From Nymphaea colorata (lineage: Eukaryota), in NCBI RefSeq assembly GCF_008831285.2, contig NC_045138.2, forward strand, positions 2,914,001 to 2,978,000: a DNA stretch of 64,000 bases. The letters are read 5' to 3'. The position numbers were made by a program, and so were the translations under genes. This document shows, one piece after another, positions 1-11,650 of this stretch. A model generated the notes under the pieces. The model was not told the origin of the DNA, ran no database searches, and saw nothing but the letters and a program-made list of their open reading frames with translations. Each line of letters opens with the position of its first letter. Position 1 is the first letter of the stretch.

Positions 1-332
1 CATGGTCATTTGTGATATCTGATTTAGCAATAATTTTTACAACAAATTAAATTTAAGACAACAAAGTAGCCTCTAGTTGAGTGGGCAATCTCTATTCCAA
101 GAAAATATGTAAGAAAATCTAAATCTTCTATTTCAAAAGTTTGTCATAAGAATAGTTTAATTTCTCTTATTTCCTTTCCATCACTTCCTGTAATCAACGT
201 ATCATCAACATATAATACAAGGATAATAATACCTATAAAAGTGTTCTTAACAATAAGGGATGTATCAGTCAAACAAGATTGAAAACTGCATTAGTCATTA
301 AAGTGGTCAAGCTATGCCTTTGGTGCTTGCTT
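1..332 (-). mobile_element. Degenerate Ty1/copia reverse transcriptase fragment
   Basis: The minus strand reads KQAPKA...LVLYVDD...FEIEDLDFLTYFLGIEIA, which are copia RT motifs, with stops and frameshifts. Positions 2-154 are about 97% identical to 38203-38355. Confidence 0.85.
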
Positions 333-595
333 CTATTTAATTATTTTTATATATTTTCCTTCAAATTTGAAAAATGTATATACTATTACCTTTTGCAGAT
401 TCATAGCTGATTCAGATGAATTGCTGAATTGGCCAATTCAATGGAAATTGGCAGCCTGCCCAATTTGACTCTTTCTGACTTTTACAACACTGGATAAACC
501 AAAGATCTAGTGTGGCCATAGTGAGATCTGTCAATAGGTCTCAGCTGCAAGCTAGTAACATGCCACTAGGTGTGCACTTTATGCACTTGTAAAAT
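331..595 (-). repeat. Inverted copy of GBA2 intron segment 52366-52630
   Basis: 265 bp reverse-complement match, 7 mismatches, no indels by manual alignment. Confidence 0.95.
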
Positions 596-619
596 GTGTT
601 AAACAGCATTCTTCTTAAG

Positions 620-1270
620 GTTTATCGAAGAGAAATCATAGACACGTTATAGAAACAACTAGCATTCTTCTTATTTTTAAATGTGCATCAAAAAATTTTG
701 AGTTGAGGCTGTTAGATGTCCGCTTATCTCATAAAGAAAATGATATAAAAAACTTTATCAAGTACTTCTCCCCTTGAAAAATTGTTTAAATATTAATTAG
801 GGGCGCTTAGAGATTGTGGATGTACATGTTATGATTTAAATGATAGATTGAGATCTTTTTAATGAATCTGTAAATGTAAGATGAGGTTCTGCATGGACCA
901 TTTTTGCTGTAAATACACCACACTTTTATTTTTAATAAAGGAAAGAGACCTAGCCCCCAACACAGCCTTTGTCTGGAAATGATAAAGATGACAAACTAAG
1001 TTCAAAAGCTTTTAAATGTGCTTTTGTGGAGTATTCTTAAACACTTGAGGGAACCAGATGTAATGATTCGAAAAATGATAAACTGTCAATCTCAAGAAAT
1101 GTAAGTTTCATTAAAAAAAAACATGGATTCAAAAGAAAGAAAGATTTTCAAGAGGACAAAGTCTATTCCTTTTTGTTTAAATATCTTTCAAAATATTATG
1201 AAGATTCATGTGAGAATGGAGATGAAAATGAAGAAAAGAATAATAACACTGATAATGAAGATAAGATATC
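620..1270 (+). mobile_element. Degenerate copia integrase C-terminus/SH3 fragment, inverted relative to its neighbours
   Basis: The plus strand reads (E)RNHRHVIETT...VEAV...LRDCGCTCY...DKLSSKAFKCAFVEYS...ISRNVSF. It is interrupted by about 135 bp of unrelated sequence at about 830-965. Confidence 0.75.
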
Positions 1271-4200
1271 TAATAGGCTTATAATATTCCTCCTACATTG
1301 ATTGGCGCCAATGTAGATCTAACAGAACGTGATGGTGAGAAGACGGGACAACATGACTAGATAGAGCTTGAGGAAACTGCACCAAACTTGTACTCAAACA
1401 GTCAGTAGATACAGAATTAGAAATAGGATGTAGTGTGCACTGTTACTTGCCCTTGCGAATGGCAATAGGGAGATCTGCTGCAGAATGGTCATCATTTAAA
1501 CCTGAGTCAGTCTTATCAGTGAGGCTTACCTCTTGAGATGATGTTGGTAGATGGCTGAGAGAGGGACCTATTCGACGAGAGTAAACCAACAGAGGATCAA
1601 GGAAACGTTCATGTGACCTAGGTTGAGATGGTGGAAAAGACTCAAGTGACACTGGTGGAATAGGAAGAAGGTAACATCCGTGCTGATAATGTCTTTCTTA
1701 GTTAGGGGATCAAAGCATTTATATCTCTTTTGATTGGCTGAGTAGCCAATAAAGACACATTTGATGGCTTGGGCAGCAAGTTTATTTTTGTTTGGGCCTA
1801 AGATATGTGCAAAGCAAGTGCATCCAAATACTTTGGGAGGTAAATGAAATAATGGATGCCCAAGATATAGAATTTGATTGGAAATACGTTCTTGGATGGA
1901 AGAAGAGGGTAATCTATTAATGAGGTAACATGTCGTAAGAATAACATCACCCCAAAAATAGGCAGGCATGTGAGAATGTAGCATAAGGGTGCGAGCCACA
2001 TTTAGGAGTTGTTGATGTTTGCGTTCGGCTACACCATTTTGTTGAGACGTATGCAGACAAGTATATTGAGGGCGAATTCCATGATCGGCATAAAACTGAA
2101 GTAGAATGGAAGATTTGAATTCAAGAACATTATCAGTGCGAATATTTTTAACAACGAGACCAAACTGAGTTTTTATTTTCTTGACAAATTTATGAAGAAT
2201 ACACATGACCTCAGATCTTTCCCTTAACAGGAAAACCCAACTAACTCTAGTAAAATCATCAACTAAAACAAGATAGTATCAAAAACATGACCGAAAAGGA
2301 ACTCGACTAGGACCCCATACATCCACATGAATGAGAAACGAACTCTGACTAGAGGACTCTGACTCGAAGGAAACCTGCTCCGTGTATGCTTGCCCAACTG
2401 ACAAGCATCACATAAGAATGACTCTGATGCAGGAACATCTGAAAACATGCGACGAAGTTTTGGTACTGACGGATGACCCAGTCTGAGATGCCATTGGAAA
2501 GGAGAAGGCTTTGAAAGGACTAAAGAGGCAACAACATCAACTGGGATCGACAGAAAATACAATCCCTCACATTCATGGCTGCCACCAATCATCTTCTTAG
2601 TTAGTAAATCCTGAAAAGAACAAGAACCAGGGTCAAAAATGACTTTACACTTTAAATCAATAGCTAGCTGCTTGATGGATACCAAGTTAACAGGAAACTG
2701 AGGAGCATATAGCACATGTGTAATAGTGCCTAAATATGGAAGGTGGATATCACCGCTGCCCAAAACAGGGGACTGCTTGCCATCAGCAAGCCTGACATGC
2801 TTTGGTGTGGAGAATCTGACAAATGATGAAAAATTTTGTGGTTGATTACAACAATGTCTAGAAGCACCAGAATCTATCATCCATGTCATACCTGGATCAT
2901 CAGTAGGATTACCAACAGAGAATGCTGAGTTTATAACAGTGGCATTGGCAGATTGGCAGATGTACTGTTGAGCAAGAACACAATCATATTCATTTTTACT
3001 TAAAGTTATGAGAATATGACATAGATATGAAAGGGTTAGTATAAGACTCAACCATAGATATTGTTGCTTTTGAATGAGCTGCTTGGGATGAAGAAGTGAG
3101 GGAAATGAGTTGCCATAGCAATTCTACCTCCACCACGTCCAGAGGAGATGCTCAAACAGAGGTGAGGATGCTTGTCCCAACAACGATCCTCTAGATAACC
3201 AACTTTGCCACAATAAGAGCATTGAAATCTATTGCGTCCTGCACCACGGCCTGTACCACATCCCCCGTCCTCCTGATATCACAAGTGCAAACTGGTGTGT
3301 CATGCGTATTCTGAGAAAGAGTGACTGCAAGACGACTCAGCCTATTATACGTGTCTGCTAAATCTGGAAGAACACTGCCTGTGAGAATTTGAGACTTTGC
3401 CACAGAGTATTTTGGAGATAGGCCAGATAGGAACTTTGTTACCATTCCAGTTTCACAGTGTGATGCATAATAATGCTGGCAAGATGGACGAAGAACCTTT
3501 AATCGTTCATATGCAGCAGTCAATGTAGCAAAATACTGAGATAGGTCCTGATCCCCTTGCCGTATGTTGCATAACTCCTCTTCCAATTGTAAGATTTTAA
3601 TTACATTAGTGGCATGCGAGTATGTCTTCCTCAAAAAAGACCACATCTCCTTGGCCTTGGTATAATATGCAATAGTTGGGGCTACATGAGACTCCACACT
3701 ATTCATAATCCAAGACATAACAATGTAATTATCTTCATCCCATGCAGCATATATCCTTTTTTTCTCTGTAGGTTCATCCTTCTCAAGAATATATTTCTTC
3801 CTATGGCCAGCCACAGACATTATGAATACCCTGGACCATATTTCATAATTTGAACCATTAAGCTTGATCGTGGTTCCATAAGAGAAGGAATTTCCAGCCA
3901 TCTTCTATTCAGTAGAGCCTAGTAGAGCCTTCAGATTTATTGTTATCAGCCATAGTAAATGAAGGAAACTCGACTGGTGTACAGTTAAGAGTCTAGGATG
4001 TTGTTGTCCACTAATATCAGACATAAAGGATCAAAGGCAGCACAGATGAAACGGAATAGGGGCTTGTGACTCCAATAACAAATCTGAAACTTCCTCAAAC
4101 AGGCAGCAGTATCTCAAACGAGAAACAATATCTGAAACTTTCTCAAATAAGTAGATTTGAAAATATATAAAACACGCAATAATATGGAACAAGTGTTTCA

Positions 4201-4837
4201 GTCGATGACTGAAACTTCTTCACCCAACGGTAAAAGACTGCTGCTTCTCTTAAACACAGCAGTTTCTCATAAACTTGTTGTCCACACGACAAAGAAATCA
4301 ATGGCCGCAACTGAAATATCTTGTACTTACGATTAGCAGCAGTCCACATGTCACAAAGCATCACTTTGCTTGTTGTTGTGTCACGATTTGCAGATATTGC
4401 TCCTCACGCATCTTCAAACAGTAACGTGACTCCACACACAGCAGCGAAAGGGCAGATCTGATATATAACATCACAGATCTGCTTCCACGACAGCAAAACT
4501 CAGAAAATCAGATTTGTTTAGGGCAGATCTGCTATACCACTTCATAGATTTGTTTTTCTTCACAGCCACAGAAAATCAGATCTGATAAACAGATCTGAGC
4601 AACATATATATTTTTCACGGCAACAGAAACTCAGTCTGATACATCCTGATAAGATCCACCATCCTCTTCCACAATAGCAACTTCATCAACGTTTCTTCAT
4701 GTCTTCGACGACAACAACAACACAAGGGTGCTAATCACGTTTCTACATGGTAAACACGATTAGCCTCTTTTACCAAACAGAATACTTGCTTTTCTTCAAA
4801 TCAGTAGAAAAATATAGTTGTGAATCCTCTAAATTAT

Positions 4838-5076
4838 TTTTAATTGAATTGACCAGGTCTACTGATAATTGATATTGAAACAAAATGTGAGCATGCTGCT
4901 AGCGCTCACCCTAGCCAAAATTGAACTCTCTATGAGATTCATGGTTGCGCAACTTATAGATTCCTTGTTCATGGAAAAACCTGGAAGGGGCCTTCCCCTT
5001 TGAAGATGGATGTGTGTGAGGAATTGAGCTTTCAAGACCACTTAGCTCCATTGTTTATGCTTCATTTTCTTTTCTT
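4838..5076 (+). repeat. Direct copy of TBCE intron-2 segment 59789-60027 inside the copia leader
   Basis: 239 bp match at constant offset 54951 with 7 mismatches. It also explains the near-identical spurious ORFs 4859-5041 and 59786-59992. Confidence 0.95.
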
Positions 5077-5281
5077 CATATGATTGTTAGATACAGATCA
5101 CGTCTCTACATGTAGAACGTGATCAGTCCCTTTTTCCTTCTTTTTTTTTTAAAGCAGTCCCACCGACAGCAGCAACCTTAGACGTCCAACTTTATCGTGA
5201 ATGAGGAAAAGAGAAAAGAGAGAAAGAGAATCCGCGTGAAACCCTAGATGTCACGGTCCTAGGTCCAAGGCTCTGATTCCA

Positions 5282-5512
5282 TGTTACGTAGAGAGGTAGA
5301 GAAGAGAAGACTGAGAGGAAGGAGGAGAGAATAGATAGCAGCAAGGAGAGTATCAGATGCTCCTCTTTCATTAGACTAAATAAGGATTAGGGTTATGTTT
5401 AACCCTTTACATAAAGAGTCCAACAAACTTTTAAAAATTCAGAAAGCTACCTAATACTAAATACCAAAGCACATTAACACTTTAAATATCAAAGCAACAC
5501 GTTTTCTCAACA
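5282..5512 (-). repeat. 5' LTR of the truncated copia element (about 231 bp)
   Basis: Directly abuts the PBS and has TGTT/AACA inverted termini. Confidence 0.75.
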
Positions 5513-7362
5513 ATAGACACTGCACTTAGCTAAATCCCCAAGAATGAGGAGCAGCCACCTGTCAGCCGTCAACCTTGGCTGGTGGCAAGGATAGGAGCAG
5601 GGACATTTGGATTGCTTTTTCGTCCCTCATCGATCCAGCAAGGGTTGAGCCCTGGCCCTTTTTTGATAAGGGTTGAGGTACCATGCCAAACTACCCTCAT
5701 TGTCATACAGATCAGTGAAGATTAGGACTGTCCTCAACCATAACTGTTGGGCAGAGCAATGGTTCGACCCTCGCCAGAACAATAAGGATTGTGTGTCTTG
5801 ACCATCATTGTTCCATGACAAGGGAGTTGTGGGATAGCGAGGGTTGAGCAATCGACTGCCGCCCCAATCCTCACTATTTGGTGGAGATCAATGGATGGCC
5901 ACCGTCTCCCCTTGCAGCTGGTGATTTTTTAATTTAAATTTTATTTTTTAAAAATAAATTCAAAGAAAGGTTAAAATGGTAAATTACATATATATTTTAA
6001 TGTCTTTTTTATAAGAAGACGGCCTATTTATTGTGGTGCAAACAATGATGATCCATTTGTTATTGCCCAAAGGTTGAGTGGTCGGTTGTAAATTTTTATT
6101 GTTTACATGGATGCTATTTTAATAATTTGATCTCATTAACCTAATGTAATTAATGAACAAACTGTGGTTCAATTAACAGGGCAAAAACTCTGGTTTGTTG
6201 AATAGGATCATTTCCCGGCTCTAACGTGTGTCACGTTCTAACATTGCACATGGGCTCAGCATAAAAAGTCTTTGACTTGGCCCGGTTGAGATTCAAGGAA
6301 TGAATGATGATGGTTTAAGAACAAGGACCTTCAAGCCAGCAAGTATAGGCGGCCAATCTCTTGTTTGAATAATGTTGACATTCACCTCTTTTGTCAACAA
6401 AGGAAAAATGATGTATAAGCTGAGTACAGGTTCCAACCCAAGCATCAATGCAATTTTTAGACTCTAGGGTGCAGAAATGAAGGTTTCTACTCTCATCTTT
6501 TACACAACCAAGTGTTGATCCAAACCTTGGTTTGGTGATCAAAACTCGCTCTTGTCTTGAGCAAGACCTTCAAGCTCACTCCAGCCGAGGGAGCGAGCTC
6601 ACCACAAACTGGATCAGCTCAGAAACCAACCGGTTTAAAGTAGCTGATTCTTACTAACCTGACCTAGAGCACCTTGAGCACCTGTGAAGGCTGTAATTCA
6701 CATGCAGTGATAAAGAAATAAAATAGTAAACAAATAAATCGGTAAGGTGAGAAACAAATAACACCACAACTAAGAAAGAGGCCAAAACGAGGAGTTCTGC
6801 TACAAAATGAAAAATCAAACGGAAGAGAATTAACACAACAAAATGCCAGAGTATTAACCAAGAATATTAACTAAAAGAAGAAGAACATCAAACAGAGATA
6901 GCAGGAATAAGAGACAGAGTAAAACATGAGAGAGAGAGAGAGAGTACCTTGCAGCTGGGGTTTCGCTACCGCAGAGTGTTGTAGGGGCGGAGACAAGCTG
7001 CTGAACTGTGGTGGAGGGGAAGAGGGAAGCTGCTGTCGCATGAGGACGATCCAGGGAACGTTTGAGGTAACCTTGTGTGGAACACCACACCAATCGTGCA
7101 GTCCCATCTTCAATTCCAGCACGTATAGCTCAAGTGGTTGTTACTTTAGCATCTTGCAGAGGATAGAGGATGTAGAGGATGAAGAGTCAGAGGAAGCCCA
7201 ACTTGGTTATGACTCTGAAGGCATTGCATGACCGAGCCACAGTTCAACCTCTTAAGGGATTTGCTGACAAACCACAAAACTTTGTTTCCGAAATCTAGCC
7301 TAAATTGCACAACTCCGTCTACACATTCAGTGTTTCACTGACTGAGCAGGCATTTGCTGCAG

Positions 7363-7670
7363 GTAAAGAGAGCTTACCAAGCTGGAAATCTTCTAACTGT
7401 TGCAGATAGTCAAAACAGGTTCATATCCATTTGCACGTCTTGAACAATTTGCAGGGTTAGCCATTAGCCATCAGATGCTGTGGTGATGAACCAGACCTGC
7501 GTCCATCTATTTCTGAGGTAGTTCGAGAGATTGAAATGATTTGCCAGAAGATGCCACACTCAGAATATACATCGTCAACAGAGGGGATATCTAAAAATAT
7601 GAAACCAACTGTAGTCACAACGACAAAATTGGCAATGCTGCTGCATATTAAAGGTATTGAAGAGCATTGA
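7363..7670 (+). pseudogene. Orphan last exon of an LRR receptor-like kinase (At1g06840-like, kinase subdomains X-XI)
   Basis: Follows a TGCAG acceptor and reads VKRAYQAGNLLTVADSQ/GSYPFARLEQFAGLA/IRCCGDEPDLRPSISEVVREIEMI. It has a 1-bp frameshift at about 7413 and a 7-bp TTAGCCA duplication. Confidence 0.8.
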
Positions 7671-8055
7671 AATTCTGAATCCCGTTGCCAACCAGCGGAT
7701 GAACAAAACAAGATGAACAAAACAAGATTTTTGATAGAAGAATTGTTAACTTCTTCATAGGCTTCCAACCTTTGAATAGAAAAGAGTTCTTGACCATCTT
7801 TTTCGCGATCAGTCAGGAAGTCCATAATCGTAGTCCATCAACCATGAAACATCCATTGTTCTAATTTCAATACATCACATCACATCCAATGTTCTAATTT
7901 CAATTACATCAGTATCTCAACTGCGGATTGATTTTCTGAAGATCATTAATGGGTGGGTGGTCTGATATTTAACAACCAAATTGTTTTATTCAAATGCTAC
8001 ATATATACATGGGTGTTAATAACTTAATTGTTTGTTTTTTTGAGGTGATTTATAA

Positions 8056-8262
8056 CCAAACACAACCTGAATCGGTGGAAAAAAGTTTCCTTCCACCTTA
8101 ATCCAAAAATTTCTTCCATGGTGAAAACAAATCTAGGGTTTTAATGGTTTGCTTTTCAATTTTTTTTCTATGATTTTTTTTACCATGAAAAATTATTTCC
8201 GGTGGTAGGAAATTTTTTTCCGCCTCAATTTTTTTCCACTGATTGAGGGAGGTTGTGTTTGG
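8056..8262. repeat. Imperfect fold-back, MITE-like element
   Basis: CCAAACACAACCT..AATCGGTGGAAAAAA pairs with TTTTTTCCACTGATT..AGGTTGTGTTTGG, and the internal segments are also complementary. Confidence 0.6.
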
Positions 8263-8878
8263 AAGATCCAGAAAAAAATTTTAGAAATAAGCTTTCAAAC
8301 GTTTGTTAAGCATGAAAAAACTTGGATAAAAGTTTAAATCACCTGTAGAAGACAAACCATTATCACTCAAAAACAGGTCAAACCTTAAAAAAAAAAACCC
8401 AGCCTTCTCTCTTTCTCAAAATAACAAACCACCCATTTCTGCTGCCCATCTGTTTGTTAGCAGAAGGTCAATCCGAGTTCGAAGACTGATCTAGTGGAGG
8501 CCACACTTCTGTCGTGTTGGAGTCCTTGAGGAGAAGACAGACTTTTGATTCAGACAGTGAAGGCTAGTAGTGAGATCCACCCTCGCCATATTTTGGCTTT
8601 TGTAATTTCTTGTTGGTCTCTACAGTGTAAATTTCACAAGCTCCTAACGCTCAAATAAACAAGTCAACAACAAAACAAAACAGAAGACAGAAAGGGAAAA
8701 AGATTAATGAAGGGAACGTTCAGCAGGCAGACAAAAAAAAATTGCTATACAAGTTGAGCCCAACCTTAAATTTAAGCTTAATGTACATAAATCACAATTT
8801 CGTTTTACGTTCAGCAGAAATGTCAACTAAGGCAAAATTTTCCAGGATTCTGAAAATTGAAGAATACTAACCACATAC

Positions 8879-9318
8879 CTGGTAACGGGTTATCTTTTTC
8901 TTTTTCTTTTTTGTAAAATTCATCAATCATTTCTTCACATGAAGTCACAACTATTCCCATCATATACGCTCTAAGCCATCAGCTGCTGAAAATACAGAAA
9001 CCACATCCTCCGTAAGCTGCTCAGCTCCATCTAGAAATGGTCTCTGATGGGGAAAGGCAAAAAAAAAAAATGGTTACTAATGATTAGGAAACATTATTAA
9101 TATTTCAAGAAGCCAGAGACGTGGTGAAAAACCGGGAGAGAGAGAGAGATGCCAAGTGGCCTCCATACAGTCGATGAAGCAAAGAAACAGATATAGCAAC
9201 AGCTTGTGGATGCCAGCGAGATAATACAGGTCAGAACATGGTTGACTCTTTCTTTAAAAGTTTTCTCAATTCTCCAGCAAGCAATGCTAAAGGATGCTCC
9301 CCGGTTACTTCTGAAAAC
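8879..9318 (-). pseudogene. Two-exon fragment of a PATROL1/unc-13 homolog (DUF810 family)
   Basis: Exon 9318-9153 reads EHPLALLAGELRKLLKKESTMF*PVLSRWHPQAVAISVSLLHRLYGGHL. Exon 9043-8879 reads RPFLDGAEQLTEDVVSVFSAADGLE... with frameshift and stop. The intron is retained with AG acceptors. Confidence 0.85.
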
Positions 9319-10049
9319 CTAAGAGTAACAATGAGCATAATGCAAGCATCATATAAGGCTGAGAAGGACCAGCCTGAAGACAGTTAGAATCACACAAGGA
9401 ATATATTTTAATTGCAGAACTAATGCCAGAACGGAGTTTTTTTTAAGAGAGAAGCCACTCCTATGTGGACACCTATCCATGCCCGTAACTTGCCCTACCT
9501 CTATGGGTCAGCTGCCAAAAGAGTAAAAATCTAAGTCAAGGCCCACAGAACTTTCACCAGAAAAAAAATGACCAAACTCTAATACATGTGGCATATACAG
9601 ATTTATATTCTAAATGAATGATCCATCAAATGTATGAAGGTAGTACATATATGGTTAATATGTCAATGCATTTTTTTTTTTCAAGGGGATGGTGTATCAT
9701 GCAGGAGTATGGCTCTGTAGTAAACCAACAAAATAGAACCTATATATACAAAAGGAATAAAAATACTCAAAATGAAAATGCTATGATGACGTGATGCATG
9801 TCTCACGATATATCAAACAGTGGGAACTGGTAACAAATGATGACCAATAAATTAAGAGTGCATCTCTTATAAAGGATAAGAATTACCCACTATGAACTCT
9901 CATTTACCTGCCAAGATTTTATAGGCATTATGGCTTCTCTCTTAGGATATTTACCTGCTAAATCCTTACAGACGTTTGATCACTAGAGTCAATAACATTT
10001 CCTAGTCTTGACTTTCTCAGCTTCATAAAATTTTCCTCACTGCTCATAT

Positions 10050-11650
10050 CCAGGACTTTTCCAGACTTTCCCTTCTAATGATCGACAACAAAAACTTGAA
10101 ACTTTCTCCTTTTACTCGAGAAGGTACTGAGAATAAAATGAAGGCATATCATTGGTTGAGAAGACCCTTTCAAAATGTTTTTTAAGCAAAAATTAAAAAT
10201 TTCCTCTTTCAAAAAGTTCTTGACATCAAATGATGTATCACCTGGAAGTGGGACAACAAGCTTCATCAACTCCCCTGTAAAAGTAGGGTCTTCTACACAA
10301 AAGGTTGGTTTAAGGGTAACAAGTTTCCATAATGTCAAGTCCTCGATGATCGGAAGTTTTGAAAATGATTGGGTTAAGCACATCTATTTTCCCAAACGAA
10401 CTACTAGGATTGGATTGCAGAAAAGCTTGACCTTGAAGAGAAGCAAACTTTGATGAATTCACCTCATGTCGGATAGAAATATTGAATTGGACAACCGATT
10501 TGAGAGCATACTAGCTTTGAAATACCGGCAACTTGTTTTGGCAAGAAAGGGGCCCATGAGATAAAAGGGACAACTGATTTTGAAATAACGGGCCACTAGG
10601 GTCAGTTTCATCGAACAACTGGGATGCATACCAAATGTAAAACTGCCAATGAACAGAGCAGCACCAGCACTTAGGTGCAGCTATTTTCAGCACTCCTCCA
10701 GCAAAAGAATCGTAAATTTCTACCTAAACCTAGATCCACAAACCTATTGTGCATCAATCTCTACCAGTTTCATCGTGTGCTCCAAGCGCACTGCGAGTTT
10801 CGTCATGTCCTCCAAGCACTACGAGTGCCAACCATTGTTAGCACCAATTTGTGCAACCCTAAATTCTTCAAGGGTATCTATGGAGCATGAAGACTTCTGG
10901 GGTCGACAACATCTCCATGGCCGCTGCGTTCCAATGCATCACACATGTTCCAATGCATCACACATCCTTCACTGCATGAATCTTTCATCCAACTGCAGAT
11001 ATTCAAAATACTCCCTAAGAGGCCTAACATGGTCTTCATCGCCTCTCACATGATCAAGGGGCTAGTCAATGGCTTGGTTCTACAATGTTTTTGTCATTCA
11101 GGCTCTAATTAGGGTAAAAAATGGTAAAACAGTGTCTCTTCATGAAGCATCTCATAAAACTCAGACTTCTCTAGAGAGTGTTCACATCTCATAAAACTTG
11201 CCAACAAAAGAGACCAAGTGTGAGAATTTTACCATACCCACTTGTTAGGCCTCTCATTTATCAAATCCTTGTGCCTTCCGTCATTTCTCAAACCCTTGTG
11301 CCTCTTGAGGTTGTCCTTCATAATAGCACCAGTGCATCGTATGCAAGAATGTACCGTGATCAAACAAAACGAACACACACATCCTTCGGTGCATGAAAAT
11401 TTCATCCAACTAAACTTCAATTTTATCCTAGGATTTCTTCAAGCACAAAATACTCCTTACGAGGTCTAACATGGGCTTCATCACCTTTTACATGCTCAAG
11501 GGGCTGAAAATACGGCTTTAGGATTCTCACACACTTTTCGAGCTTAGCTTCTTCTTTCAGTGGTCTCCGACTTCTTCTTTCAGTGGTCTCCGCCCCTCGC
11601 ATGCACTTCAAGAAGAAGTTATGCACCCACAATGTTACCTACCCTAAAGT
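10050..11650 (-). pseudogene. Highly decayed coding-like remnant, possibly F-box/LRR/FBD type, with an internal diverged repeat
   Basis: Fragments LEHVKGDEA.., MKLVEIDA, VLKIAAPK and FSKLPIIEDLTL resemble FBD/LRR proteins. About 10960-11065 and about 11375-11505 are diverged copies of each other. Confidence 0.25.

Larger units (their letters stand above)
1281..5512 (-). mobile_element. 3'-truncated Ty1/copia LTR retrotransposon (5' LTR, PBS, gag, PR, INT; broken at the start of RT)
   Basis: LTR TGTT...AACA at 5282-5512; PBS TGGAATCAGAGCC (tRNA-iMet type, 1 mismatch) at 5269-5281; gag ORF 3191-3901 (KLNGSNYEIWS); protease WMIDSGAS and HHCC zinc finger in ORF 2263-3051; integrase core (IRTDN, QQNGVAERK) in ORF 1568-2206. 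Ends at WRQSM*EE. Confidence 0.92.

Noticed and set aside
4859..5041. Near-identical 60-68 aa ORFs at 4859-5041 and 59786-59992 suggesting a conserved small protein
   Set aside because: They are a by-product of the 239-bp DNA duplication. They begin at non-ATG starts and one lies antisense within an intron.
6926..7231. 101-aa ORF with weak aspartic-protease-like words (GTP, PIFNSSTYS)
   Set aside because: It starts in a GA repeat, lacks the DTGS motif, and the similarity is too weak to call.
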